32,000 bases of DNA from Mycobacterium sp. TY814 (lineage in GTDB: Bacteria > Actinomycetota > Actinomycetes > Mycobacteriales > Mycobacteriaceae). Numbering within the stretch: the stretch's first letter is position 1; each line of letters starts with the position of its first letter. The notes below the pieces were generated by a model that was given only the letters and a program-made list of their open reading frames with translations, made no database searches and was not told where the DNA came from. Where the stretch lies: positions 493,188 to 525,187 of the forward strand of contig NZ_JAUFRY010000002.1 in NCBI RefSeq assembly GCF_030755175.1. The letters run 5' to 3'. A program made the position numbers and the translations under genes. This document shows, piece after piece, positions 1-9,319 of this stretch.

Positions 1-1166
1 CGACGATCTTCGAAGGCGCGCCTGAAGACAGCTGGCGCAAGCGACTTCCGGCGATCTTCCTCGACGTCGGCCGGTTCGCCCTGATTGGCGTCGGACTGGC
101 GGTGATCCTGTCCGTCATCTGGGGGGTGCGGGTCGGCGGGGTGTTCACCGCCTTGGGCATCACGTCGGTGGTCATCGGCCTGATGCTGCAGAATTCCGTC
201 GGCCAGATCGTGTCCGGCCTGTTCATGCTCTTCGAGCAGCCGTTCCGGATCAACGATTGGCTGGACACGCAGACCGCCCGGGGCCGCGTCATCGAGGTGA
301 ACTGGCGCGCCGTGCACATCCAGACCGGCGGCGGCCTGCGGATCATGCCCAACTCGATGCTGGCGACCACCGCATTCACCAACCTCAGCCGCCCGCCCGG
401 CCCGCACAAGTGCTCGATCAATACCACGTTCGCGACGTCGGATCCGCCGGACAAGGTGTGCGAGATGCTGACGCTGGTGGCCAGTGCTCTGCCGCTGATC
501 ATGCCCGGGACCACGCCGTCGTCGGTCGCGCTGGGCGCCGGGGAGTACCGCACCACGGTCCGGGTCCACTCTCCGGCGGACGAGGGCGCCACCCAGTCCA
601 CATTCGTGCGATGGATCTGGTACGCCGCGCGACGTTGGGAACTGCATCTGGACGGCGAGGCCGACGACTTCTCGACACCGGAGCGGGTCATGAAAGCGTT
701 GCGCACCGTTGTCGCGTCGGAACTGCGGCTGACCCTGGCCGACCAGCAGTTCCTGGCCCCCTACGCCAAAATCCTGCGGTACGGCACCGACGAGATCGTG
801 CAGTACGCGGGCACGGTGCCCACCGCGATGGCCTTCATCGTGTCCGGCAGCGTGCAACTGACGGTGACCGACGCTGATGGGGCCGTGCTGCCCTTCGCAA
901 CCCTCACCGAGGGATCGTTCATCGGGGTCACCGCGCTGACCAGGCAGCCCAATCTGGCCGGCGCCTATGCCCTCGAAGAGGTGACCGCGCTGGAGATCGA
1001 GCGCGAACATCTCGAGAAGATCGTGATGGACAAGCCGATGCTGCTGCAGGATCTGGGCCGGCTGATCGACGAGCGGCAGAGCAAGGCGCGATTGACCCGC
1101 CGTGAACGCGCCAAAGCAGCGACCGCGGTCGCGCCCGGTCTGCGAAAGCCCGATACCCTGGGGTAA
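1..1166 (+). CDS. MscS-family mechanosensitive channel with C-terminal cyclic-nucleotide-binding-like domain; 5' end outside window (Rv2434c-like)
   Basis: The frame is open from nt 3, so the GTG at 102 in the ORF track is probably internal. MscS beta-domain signature ([46 protein letters not shown]). This is followed by a ~120-aa region typical of cNMP-binding beta-rolls ([47 protein letters not shown]). Stop TAA 1164-1166 overlaps the proA ATG. Confidence 0.75.
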   Translation, partial: TIFEGAPEDSWRKRLPAIFLDVGRFALIGVGLAVILSVIWGVRVGGVFTALGITSVVIGLMLQNSVGQIVSGLFMLFEQPFRINDWLDTQTARGRVIEVNWRAVHIQTGGGLRIMPNSMLATTAFTNLSRPPGPHKCSINTTFATSDPPDKVCEMLTLVASALPLIMPGTTPSSVALGAGEYRTTVRVHSPADEGATQSTFVRWIWYAARRWELHLDGEADDFSTPERVMKALRTVVASELRLTLADQQFLAPYAKILRYGTDEIVQYAGTVPTAMAFIVSGSVQLTVTDADGAVLPFATLTEGSFIGVTALTRQPNLAGAYALEEVTALEIEREHLEKIVMDKPMLLQDLGRLIDERQSKARLTRRERAKAATAVAPGLRKPDTLG

Positions 1167-2413
1167 TGAGTCTGCAAGCACCGGCGCGGCCCGACTTGCG
1201 CCAAGAGGTGCACGACGCCGCCCGCCGCGCCCGGGTCGCCGCCCGCATCCTGGCCTCCACCCCCACCCTGGTCAAGGACCGCGCGCTGCACGCCGCCGCT
1301 GACGCACTGCTGGCGCACGCCGACCAGATCCTCGCCGCCAACGCCGAAGACCTGGAGACGGCCCGGGCCGCGGGCACACCGGCGGCGATGCTCGACCGGC
1401 TGGCGCTCAACCCCCAGCGCATCGACGGTATCGCTGCCGGCCTGCGCCAGGTCGCGGGATTGGCGGACCCGGTCGGGGAGGTGCTCCGCGGCTCCACTTT
1501 GCCCAACGGTCTGCAGCTACGGCAGCAGCGGGTTCCGCTCGGCGTGGTCGGAATGATCTACGAGGGCCGCCCCAACGTCACGGTCGACGCGTTCGGGTTG
1601 ACGCTCAAGTCCGGCAACGCGGCGCTGCTGCGCGGCAGCTCGTCGGCGGCGAAGTCCAACGAAGCCCTGGTCACGGTGCTGCGTGGCGCCCTGGTCGGCG
1701 AGGATCTGCCCGCCGACGCCGTCCAGCTGCTGTCTTCGGCCGACCGCGCCACGGTCACCCACCTGATCCAGGCCCGCGGGTTGGTTGACGTGGCGATCCC
1801 GCGTGGGGGAGCCGGTCTGATCGAAGCCGTCGTGCGCGATGCGCAGATACCCACCATCGAGACCGGTGTCGGCAACTGCCATGTCTACGTGCACGAGGCC
1901 GCCGACCTCGACGTCGCCGAGCGCATCCTGCTCAACTCCAAGACGCGCCGGCCCAGCGTCTGCAACGCCGCCGAGACGCTGCTGGTCGACGCCGCGATCG
2001 CCGGGGAGGCGATGCCGCGGCTGCTGAACGCGCTGGAGACGGCGGGCGTCACCGTGCATCTGGATGCCGGTGAAGAAGACCTACGCCGCGAGTACCTGGC
2101 GATGGACATCGCGGTCGCGGTCGTTGATGGAGTGGACGCGGCGATCGCGCATGTCAACGAGTACGGGACCGGTCACACCGAAGCCATCGTTACCACCAAT
2201 CTTGCTGCAGCGCAAAGGTTTACCGAGCAGGTCGACGCCGCTGCGGTGATGGTCAACGCGTCCACCGCGTTTACCGACGGCGAGCAGTTCGGTTTCGGCG
2301 CCGAGATCGGTATCTCCACCCAGAAACTCCACGCCCGCGGCCCGATGGGGTTGGCGGAACTGACCTCGACAAAGTGGATTGTCTGGGGTGACGGCCAGAC
2401 CCGTCCGGCCTGA
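1166..2413 (+). CDS. proA: gamma-glutamyl phosphate reductase
   Basis: 415-aa ORF with ProA hallmarks: [14 protein letters not shown], catalytic-Cys region [12 protein letters not shown], and [12 protein letters not shown] 1166 overlaps the upstream stop (TAATG). Confidence 0.95.
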   Translation: MSLQAPARPDLRQEVHDAARRARVAARILASTPTLVKDRALHAAADALLAHADQILAANAEDLETARAAGTPAAMLDRLALNPQRIDGIAAGLRQVAGLADPVGEVLRGSTLPNGLQLRQQRVPLGVVGMIYEGRPNVTVDAFGLTLKSGNAALLRGSSSAAKSNEALVTVLRGALVGEDLPADAVQLLSSADRATVTHLIQARGLVDVAIPRGGAGLIEAVVRDAQIPTIETGVGNCHVYVHEAADLDVAERILLNSKTRRPSVCNAAETLLVDAAIAGEAMPRLLNALETAGVTVHLDAGEEDLRREYLAMDIAVAVVDGVDAAIAHVNEYGTGHTEAIVTTNLAAAQRFTEQVDAAAVMVNASTAFTDGEQFGFGAEIGISTQKLHARGPMGLAELTSTKWIVWGDGQTRPA

Positions 2414-2443
2414 CCCATCTCTCAGATTTCAAGGAGCCCCATT

Positions 2444-3319
2444 GTGACCGTGCCCGCTCGGCCCACGCCGCTGTTCGCCGACATCGCCGACGTCTCACGC
2501 CGGCTCGCCGAAACCGGCTACCTGCCGGACACCGCCACGGCCACAGCGGTTTTCCTCGCCGATCGGCTCGGCAAGCCGTTGCTGGTGGAAGGGCCCGCCG
2601 GGGTCGGCAAGACCGAACTGGCCCGCGCCGTGGCCCAGGCCACCGGGTCGGGACTGGTCCGGTTGCAGTGCTACGAGGGGGTCGACGAGGCCCGAGCCCT
2701 CTACGAGTGGAATCACGCCAAGCAGATCCTGCGTATCCAGGCCGGTTCCGGGGACTGGCAGTCGACCAAAGATGACGTGTTCAGCGAGGAATTCCTGCTG
2801 CAGCGTCCGTTGCTGACCGCGATCCGGCGCACCGACCCGACGGTGCTGTTGATCGACGAGACCGACAAGGCCGACATCGAGATCGAGGGCCTGCTGTTGG
2901 AGGTGCTCTCGGACTTCGCCGTGACGGTTCCGGAACTGGGCACCATCACCGCCACCCGGACCCCGCTGGTCGTGCTGACCTCCAACGCGACCCGGGAACT
3001 GTCGGAGGCGCTCAAGCGTCGCTGCCTGTTCCTGCACATCGACTTCCCGACCCCCGAACTGGAACGCCGCATCCTGCTCTCGCGGGTGCCCGAACTGCCC
3101 GAGCATCTTGCTGAGGAGCTGGTGCGCATCATCGGCGTGCTGCGCGGCATGCAGCTCAAGAAGGTCCCGTCCATCGCCGAGACCATCGACTGGGGCCGTA
3201 CCTTGCTGGCGCTCGGCATGGACACCATCGACGACGCCGTCGTCGCCGCCACGCTCGGCGTGGTGCTCAAGCACCAGTCCGATCAGCAGCGGGCGACCGG
3301 CGAGTTGAGGCTGAACTGA
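2444..3319 (+). CDS. MoxR-type AAA+ ATPase (CoxD-like; Rv2426c-like position)
   Basis: 291 aa. Walker A GPAGVGKT (2591-2614), Walker B LLIDETDK, single AAA+ module of MoxR size. GTG 2444 is preceded by AAGGAG (2431-2436). Confidence 0.9.
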   Translation: MTVPARPTPLFADIADVSRRLAETGYLPDTATATAVFLADRLGKPLLVEGPAGVGKTELARAVAQATGSGLVRLQCYEGVDEARALYEWNHAKQILRIQAGSGDWQSTKDDVFSEEFLLQRPLLTAIRRTDPTVLLIDETDKADIEIEGLLLEVLSDFAVTVPELGTITATRTPLVVLTSNATRELSEALKRRCLFLHIDFPTPELERRILLSRVPELPEHLAEELVRIIGVLRGMQLKKVPSIAETIDWGRTLLALGMDTIDDAVVAATLGVVLKHQSDQQRATGELRLN

Positions 3320-4761
3320 TGGCTACCCGGCGCATCCGTCCCTCCCGGCCGCTCGCGCCGCACGGGTTGCCCGGGCACCTGGTCGGGTTCGTGGAAGCGC
3401 TTCGCGCCAGCGGGATCTCGGTGGGCCCTTCGGAAACGGTGGACGCCGGGCGGGTGATGGCCACCCTGGGTCTGGAGGACCGGTTGGTGCTGCGCGAGGG
3501 CCTGGCCTGTGCGGTGCTGCGCCGGCCCGACCACCGCGACACCTACGACGCCATGTTCGACCTGTGGTTCCCCGCGGCGCTGGGGGCCCGGGCGGTGGTG
3601 CTGGACGAGGACGCCGCCGGCGACCCGGACGGGCTGCCTCCCGACGACGTCGAGGCCATGCGGCAGATGCTGCTGGACCTGCTCGCCGACAACCCGGACC
3701 TGGCCGACATGGACGAGCGGCTGGTCCGGATGATCGCCCGGATCGTGGAGGCCTACGGCAAGTACAACTCCAGTCGCGGCCCGTCCTTCTCGTCGTATCA
3801 GGCGCTCAAGGCGATGGCGCTGGACGAACTGGAAGGCAAACTGCTGGCCGGGCTGCTCGCCCCCTACGGCGACGAGCCCACCCCGAGTCAGGAGCAGATA
3901 GCGAAAGCCATTGCCGCGCAGAAGATTTCACAGCTTCGGAAGATGGTGGACGCGGAGACCAAACGGCGCACCGCCGAGCAGCTGGGTCGCGAACACGTCC
4001 AGATGTACGGCATCCCGCAGCTGTCCGAGAACGTCGAGTTCCTGCGTGCCTCCGGTGAGCAGCTGCGGCAGATGCGCCGCGTGGTGGCGCCGTTGGCGCG
4101 CACCCTGGCCACCCGGCTGGCGGCGCGGCGGCGCCGCTCCCGCGCCGGGACGATCGACCTGCGTAAAACGCTGCGCAAGTCGATGTCCACCGGTGGCGTG
4201 CCGATCGACGTCGTCTTGAAGAAGCCCCGCCCGGCGCGTCCGGAACTGGTGGTGCTCTGCGATGTGTCCGGTTCCGTCGCCGGCTTCAGCCACTTCACCC
4301 TGTTGCTGGTTCACGCTCTGCGCCAACAGTTTTCCCGTGTCCGCGTCTTCGCGTTCATCGATACCACCGACGAGGTGACGCACATGTTCGGTCCGGAGGC
4401 CGATCTGGCGGTGGCGATCCAGCGGATCACCCGGGAAGCCGGCGTGTACGCGCGCGACGGTCACTCCGACTACGGCAACGCCTTCGTCTCGTTCGTGCAG
4501 GCGAACCCGAACGTGTTGTCGCCGCGCAGTTCTCTGCTGGTGCTCGGCGACGGGCGTACCAACTACCGCAACCCAGCCGTCGACGTGCTCGCCGACATGG
4601 TGAACGCCGCCCGGCATGCGCACTGGCTCAATCCGGAGCCCAGACACCTCTGGGGCAGCGGGGATTCAGCGGTGCCACGCTATGAGGAAGTCATCACGAT
4701 GCACGAGTGCCGGTCGGCCAAGCAGCTCGCGTCGGTGATCGACGCGCTGCTGCCGGTGTAG
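3319..4761 (+). CDS. CoxE-like von Willebrand factor A domain protein (Rv2425c-like position)
   Basis: 480 aa. ATG overlaps the MoxR stop (TGATG, 3317-3321). Arg-rich linker RLAARRRRSRAG. C-terminal VWA fold with MIDAS DxSxS = DVSGS (4261-4275). Confidence 0.85.
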   Translation: MATRRIRPSRPLAPHGLPGHLVGFVEALRASGISVGPSETVDAGRVMATLGLEDRLVLREGLACAVLRRPDHRDTYDAMFDLWFPAALGARAVVLDEDAAGDPDGLPPDDVEAMRQMLLDLLADNPDLADMDERLVRMIARIVEAYGKYNSSRGPSFSSYQALKAMALDELEGKLLAGLLAPYGDEPTPSQEQIAKAIAAQKISQLRKMVDAETKRRTAEQLGREHVQMYGIPQLSENVEFLRASGEQLRQMRRVVAPLARTLATRLAARRRRSRAGTIDLRKTLRKSMSTGGVPIDVVLKKPRPARPELVVLCDVSGSVAGFSHFTLLLVHALRQQFSRVRVFAFIDTTDEVTHMFGPEADLAVAIQRITREAGVYARDGHSDYGNAFVSFVQANPNVLSPRSSLLVLGDGRTNYRNPAVDVLADMVNAARHAHWLNPEPRHLWGSGDSAVPRYEEVITMHECRSAKQLASVIDALLPV

Positions 4762-4774
4762 CTTTCCCTGGCCG

Positions 4775-4828
4775 AGCAGACGCAAAATCACCGTGGAGCA
4801 TGCGCTCCGAGGCGATTTTGCGTCTGCT
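4775..4828. terminator. Long perfect hairpin between convergent genes (possible bidirectional terminator)
   Basis: 15-bp perfect inverted repeat AGCAGACGCAAAATC (4775-4789) / GATTTTGCGTCTGCT (4814-4828). The 24-nt spacer holds a nested GGAGC-ATGC-GCTCC hairpin (4795-4808). It lies between the VWA stop (4761) and the methyltransferase stop (4837). There is no U-tract on either strand. Confidence 0.4.
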
Positions 4829-4836
4829 GGCGGGGT

Positions 4837-5829
4837 TCAGCGGGTCTTGCGGAACACCAGCCAGCGCATTTCGATCGGGCTCTTGTCCCGTTCGACGGGG
4901 AACACGTCGAGGCCGCTGACCCAGTCGGCGTACCAGCTGGTGGGCGGCCAAGCCCCCTGCGGCAGGTTCGCCTGCTCGTATTCGTACACCGAGTCGTCGG
5001 CCACCAGTTCCAGCGGCAACCCCTCGGACGCGGTTGCCAGCTCCTGGCGGGAGAACATGCCCGTGTACGCCTGCTGCCCGAACTCGCGAGCGGCGTCGTC
5101 GATTTCGTAGCCGTAGCGCGGCAGGAAGGTGTTGAACACCAGCTGCCCGCCGGGCGCCAGGCAGGCGGCGGCCAGCTCGAACAATCTGCGCAACTGTTGC
5201 GCTGAGCGGAAGTCCGGCACGACCTCCGACAGCAGGATCAGCTGGTAATCCTGGCGCAGGTCGTCGGTGGTCTCGAAGACGTTGCGCACGATGACCCGCA
5301 CGTCCAGACCCTCGGCCCGGGCCTGCGACCGAATGATCTCGGCGAACTTCGGCGTCAGCTCCACCACGTCGACCGGGTGTCCGCGCCGGCCCAGCGGAAG
5401 AGCGTTGCGCCCCGTCCCCGCTCCGATGTCGAGCACCGGATGCGAGCGGGCGTCGGCCGCCTCGTTGGCCAGTGCCCAGATCCGGGCGTCGGGCTCGGTG
5501 CCGAACAGCGGTGGTTCGCGGGTGCTGATCCAGTTCTCGTAGGCTTCGGCGACGGTGAACCAGCGCGCGTTGACCTGATAGTGCAAGGTCGGGCCCACGG
5601 GTGCGTTGTAGCTGATGACGATGTTGGACCGTTGGGAAATCGAGTAGGCCTCGGCCAGCTGGTTCTGCAGCACGGTCCGCAGGTGGGCGAGTTCCTCGTC
5701 GTTGAACTCGCGGCCCACTCCGGCGAAGATGCGGCTGCACATCTCCACGTACTCGTCGAGCAGGCTCGGCACGGCTGGCAGCGAAATCTCGCCCGTGACC
5801 ACGGAACGGCTGTAGAACCGCCGGGTCAT
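4837..5829 (-). CDS. class I SAM-dependent methyltransferase with an unassigned ~130-aa N-terminal region
   Basis: The ORF track gives 366 aa from 5937. I prefer ATG 5829 (MTRRFY..., 330 aa). Motif I VLDIGAGTGRN at about residues 132-142, then VDVVELTP (acidic residue after beta-2). The start is uncertain. Confidence 0.7.
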   Translation of the reverse strand: MTRRFYSRSVVTGEISLPAVPSLLDEYVEMCSRIFAGVGREFNDEELAHLRTVLQNQLAEAYSISQRSNIVISYNAPVGPTLHYQVNARWFTVAEAYENWISTREPPLFGTEPDARIWALANEAADARSHPVLDIGAGTGRNALPLGRRGHPVDVVELTPKFAEIIRSQARAEGLDVRVIVRNVFETTDDLRQDYQLILLSEVVPDFRSAQQLRRLFELAAACLAPGGQLVFNTFLPRYGYEIDDAAREFGQQAYTGMFSRQELATASEGLPLELVADDSVYEYEQANLPQGAWPPTSWYADWVSGLDVFPVERDKSPIEMRWLVFRKTR

Positions 5830-6032
5830 GGCGTCTTTCCAGTCTTGTTGCTGATCTACGGCGGCCGGCAGCGAATTTTCCACAGGACTCCTTCTACACG
5901 ATTCCCCGCGCGGGTGTAAGGCATTGACGCAAGACATCGGATCTTTTGAGAACTTGACGCGTGGCGCCGCGGGCCCACGGTCGTTCCTCGGCAGGTAATG
6001 CCTGATCGCGGGCTCCAGTAAGCTGGCAAACC

Positions 6033-6698
6033 ATGCAAAAGCAGCTGCGCAGGCTGGGCGTCATGGGCGGGACGTTCGATCCCATCCATTATGGCCACCT
6101 GGTTGCTGCCAGCGAGGTCGCGCACAAGTTCTGCCTCGACGAAGTGGTGTTCGTCCCCAGCGGGCAGCCGTGGCAGAAGGACCGGCAGGTTTCGGCCGCC
6201 GAGGACCGGTATCTGATGACGGTGATCGCCACCGCCTCCAACCCCCGGTTCTCGGTGAGCCGGGTCGACATCGACCGCGGCGGTCCCACGTACACCAAAG
6301 ACACGCTGCGCGACCTGCGCACTCTCAACGCGGACGCCGAGCTGTACTTCATCACCGGCGCCGACGCCCTGGCGTCCATCCTCACCTGGCAGGGCTGGGA
6401 AGAGATGTTCGAGCTGGCGCGTTTTATAGGTGTCAGTCGACCCGGCTACGAGCTTCGCCACGACCACATCACCGACGTTCTGGGCGAGCTGCCTCAGGAA
6501 GCACTGACACTGGTGGAGGTTCCCGCGCTGGCGATCTCCTCGACCGACTGCCGGCAGCGCGCTTTGGAGCGCCGCCCGCTGTGGTACCTGATGCCCGACG
6601 GCGTCGTGCAATACGTCTCCAAGCGACGCCTCTACCGAACCCCCGAGAGGAGCGAGAACCCGGCCGCCCCCAGTGTGGCCGCCGGAAACAGCACATGA
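6033..6698 (+). CDS. nadD: nicotinate-nucleotide adenylyltransferase
   Basis: 221 aa. N-terminal nucleotidyltransferase motif [11 protein letters not shown] and C-terminal ISSTDCR. In-frame ATG 6063 is an alternative start. Confidence 0.9.
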   Translation: MQKQLRRLGVMGGTFDPIHYGHLVAASEVAHKFCLDEVVFVPSGQPWQKDRQVSAAEDRYLMTVIATASNPRFSVSRVDIDRGGPTYTKDTLRDLRTLNADAELYFITGADALASILTWQGWEEMFELARFIGVSRPGYELRHDHITDVLGELPQEALTLVEVPALAISSTDCRQRALERRPLWYLMPDGVVQYVSKRRLYRTPERSENPAAPSVAAGNST

Positions 6699-7078
6699 GC
6701 GCACATCAAGAAGCGATCGACATGGCAACGGTGGCCGCCGCCGCCGCGGCATCGAAACTGGCCGACGACGTCCTCGTCATCGACGTCTCCGGCCAACTCG
6801 TCATCACCGACTGCTTCGTCATCGCCTCGGCGGCCAACGAACGGCAGGTCAACGCCATCGTCGACGAGGTCGAGGAGAAGATGCGCCGGGCCGGCTACAA
6901 GCCCGCCCGACGTGAAGGTGCCCGGGAGGGCCGCTGGACACTGCTGGACTACCGCGACATCGTCGTACACATCCAGCACCAGGACGACCGCAATTTCTAC
7001 GCGCTCGACCGGTTGTGGGGCGACTGCCCGCTGGTGCCGGTCGACCTCGGCGACCAACGCGACGGGACCGGGGAATGA
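6695..7078 (+). CDS. rsfS: ribosomal silencing factor RsfS (Iojap family)
   Basis: 127 aa from ATG 6695 (ATGA overlap with the nadD stop). RsfS-like core [55 protein letters not shown]. The upstream part of the 302-aa track ORF lies inside nadD in another frame. Confidence 0.9.
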   Translation: MSAHQEAIDMATVAAAAAASKLADDVLVIDVSGQLVITDCFVIASAANERQVNAIVDEVEEKMRRAGYKPARREGAREGRWTLLDYRDIVVHIQHQDDRNFYALDRLWGDCPLVPVDLGDQRDGTGE

Positions 7079-7746
7079 GGGCGCGCCGGCTGGTCATGCT
7101 CCGGCACGGGCAGACCGACTACAACCTCGGCAGCCGAATGCAGGGTCAGCTCGACACCGACCTGAGCGAACTGGGCCGCGCCCAGGCCGTCGCCGCGGCC
7201 GAGGTGCTGGGCAAAGTGCAACCGCTGCTGATCGTCTCCTCGGACCTGCGGCGTGCCTTCGACACGGCGACCAGGCTCGGCGAGCAGACCGGTCTGGGGG
7301 TGCAGGTCGACCCGCGGCTGCGCGAGACCCATCTCGGCGACTGGCAGGGCATGACGCACACCCAGATCGATGCCGAGGTCCCCGGCGCCCGATTGGCGTG
7401 GCGTGAGAACGCCGGCTGGGCGCCGCACGGCGGTGAAAGCCGGGTCGACGTGGCCGCCCGCAGCGTGCCATTGGTGGCCGAACTGGTTGCCGCCGCACCG
7501 GAGTGGGGTGGGCCGGGCGCGCCCGAGCGCCCGATCGTGCTGGTCGCCCACGGCGGCCTGATCGCCGCGCTGTCGGCCGCGCTGCTGAAGATCCCGGTCG
7601 CCAACTGGCCGATTCTGGGCGGGATGGGCAACTGCAGTTGGGTCCAGCTGAGCGGCCACTCGGAGGATGACGCCGGGTTCGAGGACATCCGGTGGCGACT
7701 GGACGTATGGAACGCGTCGGCGCAGGTGGCCAATGACGTCCTCTGA
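7075..7746 (+). CDS. gpgP: histidine-phosphatase family protein, positional match to glucosyl-3-phosphoglycerate phosphatase (Rv2419c)
   Basis: 223 aa from ATG 7075 (ATGA overlap with the rsfS stop). RHG motif in [12 protein letters not shown] and a later VAHGG. Size and neighbours match what I recall of Rv2419c. The symbol rests on synteny. Confidence 0.8.
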   Translation: MRARRLVMLRHGQTDYNLGSRMQGQLDTDLSELGRAQAVAAAEVLGKVQPLLIVSSDLRRAFDTATRLGEQTGLGVQVDPRLRETHLGDWQGMTHTQIDAEVPGARLAWRENAGWAPHGGESRVDVAARSVPLVAELVAAAPEWGGPGAPERPIVLVAHGGLIAALSAALLKIPVANWPILGGMGNCSWVQLSGHSEDDAGFEDIRWRLDVWNASAQVANDVL

Positions 7747-8476
7747 TTCCGGCGCCAGGCCCACCCTCTTGATCTTCGCCGACTCGCTGTCCTATTACGG
7801 CCCCACTGGCGGGCTGCCTGCCGACGATCCGCGCATTTGGCCCAATATTGTTGGTGCGCAACTTGATTGGGACGTGGAGTTGATCGGCCGGATCGGCTGG
7901 ACCTGCCGGGACGTGTGGTGGGCCGCCACCCAGGACCCGCGGGCCTGGGCGGCGTTGCCCAAGGCCGGTGCGGTGGTCTTCGCCACTAGTGGCATGGACT
8001 CGCTGCCGTCGGTGTGGCCCACGGCAGTGCGCGAGCTTATCCGTTACGTGCGGCCGCCGCGGTTGCGGCGCTGGGTGCGCGACGGCTACGGCTGGCTGCA
8101 GCCCCGGCTGTCGCCGGTGGCCAGATCGGCACTGCCGCCGCAACTTACCGCGTATTACCTCGAAAAGACTCGCGGCGCAATTGATTTCAACCGCCCCGGT
8201 ATCCCGGTGGTGGCGTCGCTGCCGTCGGTGCATATCGCCGAGACCTACGGCAAGGCGCACCACGGGCGCGACGGCACCGTAGCGGCGATCACGCAGTGGG
8301 CCGAGGAGCAGAACATTCCGCTGGTCGATCTCAAGGCGGCGGTTGCCGAGGAGGTCATGAGCGGGCGCGCCAATCCGGACGGCATCCACTGGAATTTCGA
8401 GGCTCACCGCAGCGTCGCCGAGCTGATGCTCAAGGCGCTCGCCGAGGCCGGGATTCCGAACGAGAAGACACGCTGA
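7733..8476 (+). CDS. octT: SGNH/GDSL-fold protein, positional match to Rv2418c (reported diglucosylglycerate octanoyltransferase OctT)
   Basis: 247 aa from ATG 7733 (14-nt overlap with gpgP). Block [13 protein letters not shown] and block V DGIHWN. The symbol is assigned by synteny only. Confidence 0.65.
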   Translation: MTSSDSGARPTLLIFADSLSYYGPTGGLPADDPRIWPNIVGAQLDWDVELIGRIGWTCRDVWWAATQDPRAWAALPKAGAVVFATSGMDSLPSVWPTAVRELIRYVRPPRLRRWVRDGYGWLQPRLSPVARSALPPQLTAYYLEKTRGAIDFNRPGIPVVASLPSVHIAETYGKAHHGRDGTVAAITQWAEEQNIPLVDLKAAVAEEVMSGRANPDGIHWNFEAHRSVAELMLKALAEAGIPNEKTR

Positions 8477-8478
8477 CC

Positions 8479-9309
8479 TTGACCGTCCGGGTCGTCACCG
8501 ACAGCTCGTCGCGCCTACCGGCCGAATTGCGGGATCGGTGGGGGATTCGTGAGGTGCCGCTGCATATCCTGCTCGACGGCGCCGACCTGCGCGACGGCGT
8601 GGACGACGTGCCCGAAGACATTCACAAGCGTCACGCCACCACCGCGGCGGCCACCCCGGCCGAACTCGGCGCCGCCTACAAACAGGCCCTGGCCGACAGT
8701 GATGGGGACGGCGTTGTGGCCGTTCACATTTCGTCGGGTCTGTCCGGAACCTGCCGCGCCGCCGAACTGGCTGCTGCCGAATTCGGTTCCGCGGTGCGGG
8801 TTGTGGATTCCAAGTCGACGGCGATGGGTACCGGGCTGCTGGCCGTGACCGCCGCTCGGGCGGCCGCGGACGGGGCCGATCTGGACGCCGTAGCAGCCGC
8901 CGCGGCGGCCGCGGTGCGCCGCACACACGCCTACATGGTGGTGCATCGCCTGGACAACCTGCGCCGCAGTGGCCGCATCGGCGGTGCGAAGGCTTGGTTG
9001 GGCACCGCGCTGGCGCTGAAGCCGCTACTGCACATCGATGACGGGAAACTGGTTCTGGCGCAACGTATCCGGACATCCAAGGGCGCCATCGCGGCAATGG
9101 TCGACCAGGTGTGTGAGATCGTGGGCGAGCGCCAGGCCGCGCTGGCCGTGCACCACGTCGCCAATCCTGACGGCGCGCGGGAAGTTGCCGGCGCGTTGGC
9201 CGATCGGCTACCGACGTGCGAACCCGCGGTCGTGACGCCGCTGGGCCCGGTGCTGGCACTGCACGTCGGCGACCGGGCGCTGGCCGTCTGCCTGCAACTG
9301 GCCGAGTGA
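8479..9309 (+). CDS. DegV-family fatty-acid-binding protein (Rv2417c-like)
   Basis: 276 aa from TTG 8479, 2 nt after the preceding stop. DegV-like N-terminus VRVVTDSSSRLP..VPLHILLDG. The longer track ORF (from 8296) overlaps the previous gene out of frame. Start codon choice is uncertain. Confidence 0.85.
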   Translation: MTVRVVTDSSSRLPAELRDRWGIREVPLHILLDGADLRDGVDDVPEDIHKRHATTAAATPAELGAAYKQALADSDGDGVVAVHISSGLSGTCRAAELAAAEFGSAVRVVDSKSTAMGTGLLAVTAARAAADGADLDAVAAAAAAAVRRTHAYMVVHRLDNLRRSGRIGGAKAWLGTALALKPLLHIDDGKLVLAQRIRTSKGAIAAMVDQVCEIVGERQAALAVHHVANPDGAREVAGALADRLPTCEPAVVTPLGPVLALHVGDRALAVCLQLAE

Positions 9310-9319
9310 CTGCGGCGCG

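Noticed and set aside
6019-6035. TAAGCT -10-like hexamer (6019-6024) suggesting a leaderless nadD transcript starting at ATG 6033.
   Set aside because: There are 8 nt between the hexamer and the ATG, longer than the usual spacing. There is no supporting -35 and the nadD start is itself ambiguous (6033 vs 6063). Not supportable from sequence alone.
4694-8478. Other large alternative ORFs in the core block: 4694-5740 (-), 5856-6752 (-), 7094-8407 (- , 437 aa), 6997-7764 (-). Also the 5' extensions of the track ORFs for rsfS (from 6170), gpgP (from 7015), the SGNH gene (from 7667) and degV (from 8296).
   Set aside because: They are antisense or out of frame relative to genes with strong family motifs, with Arg/Pro-rich composition typical of high-GC artefacts. 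The extensions run through the preceding genes, and better-supported overlapping starts exist.
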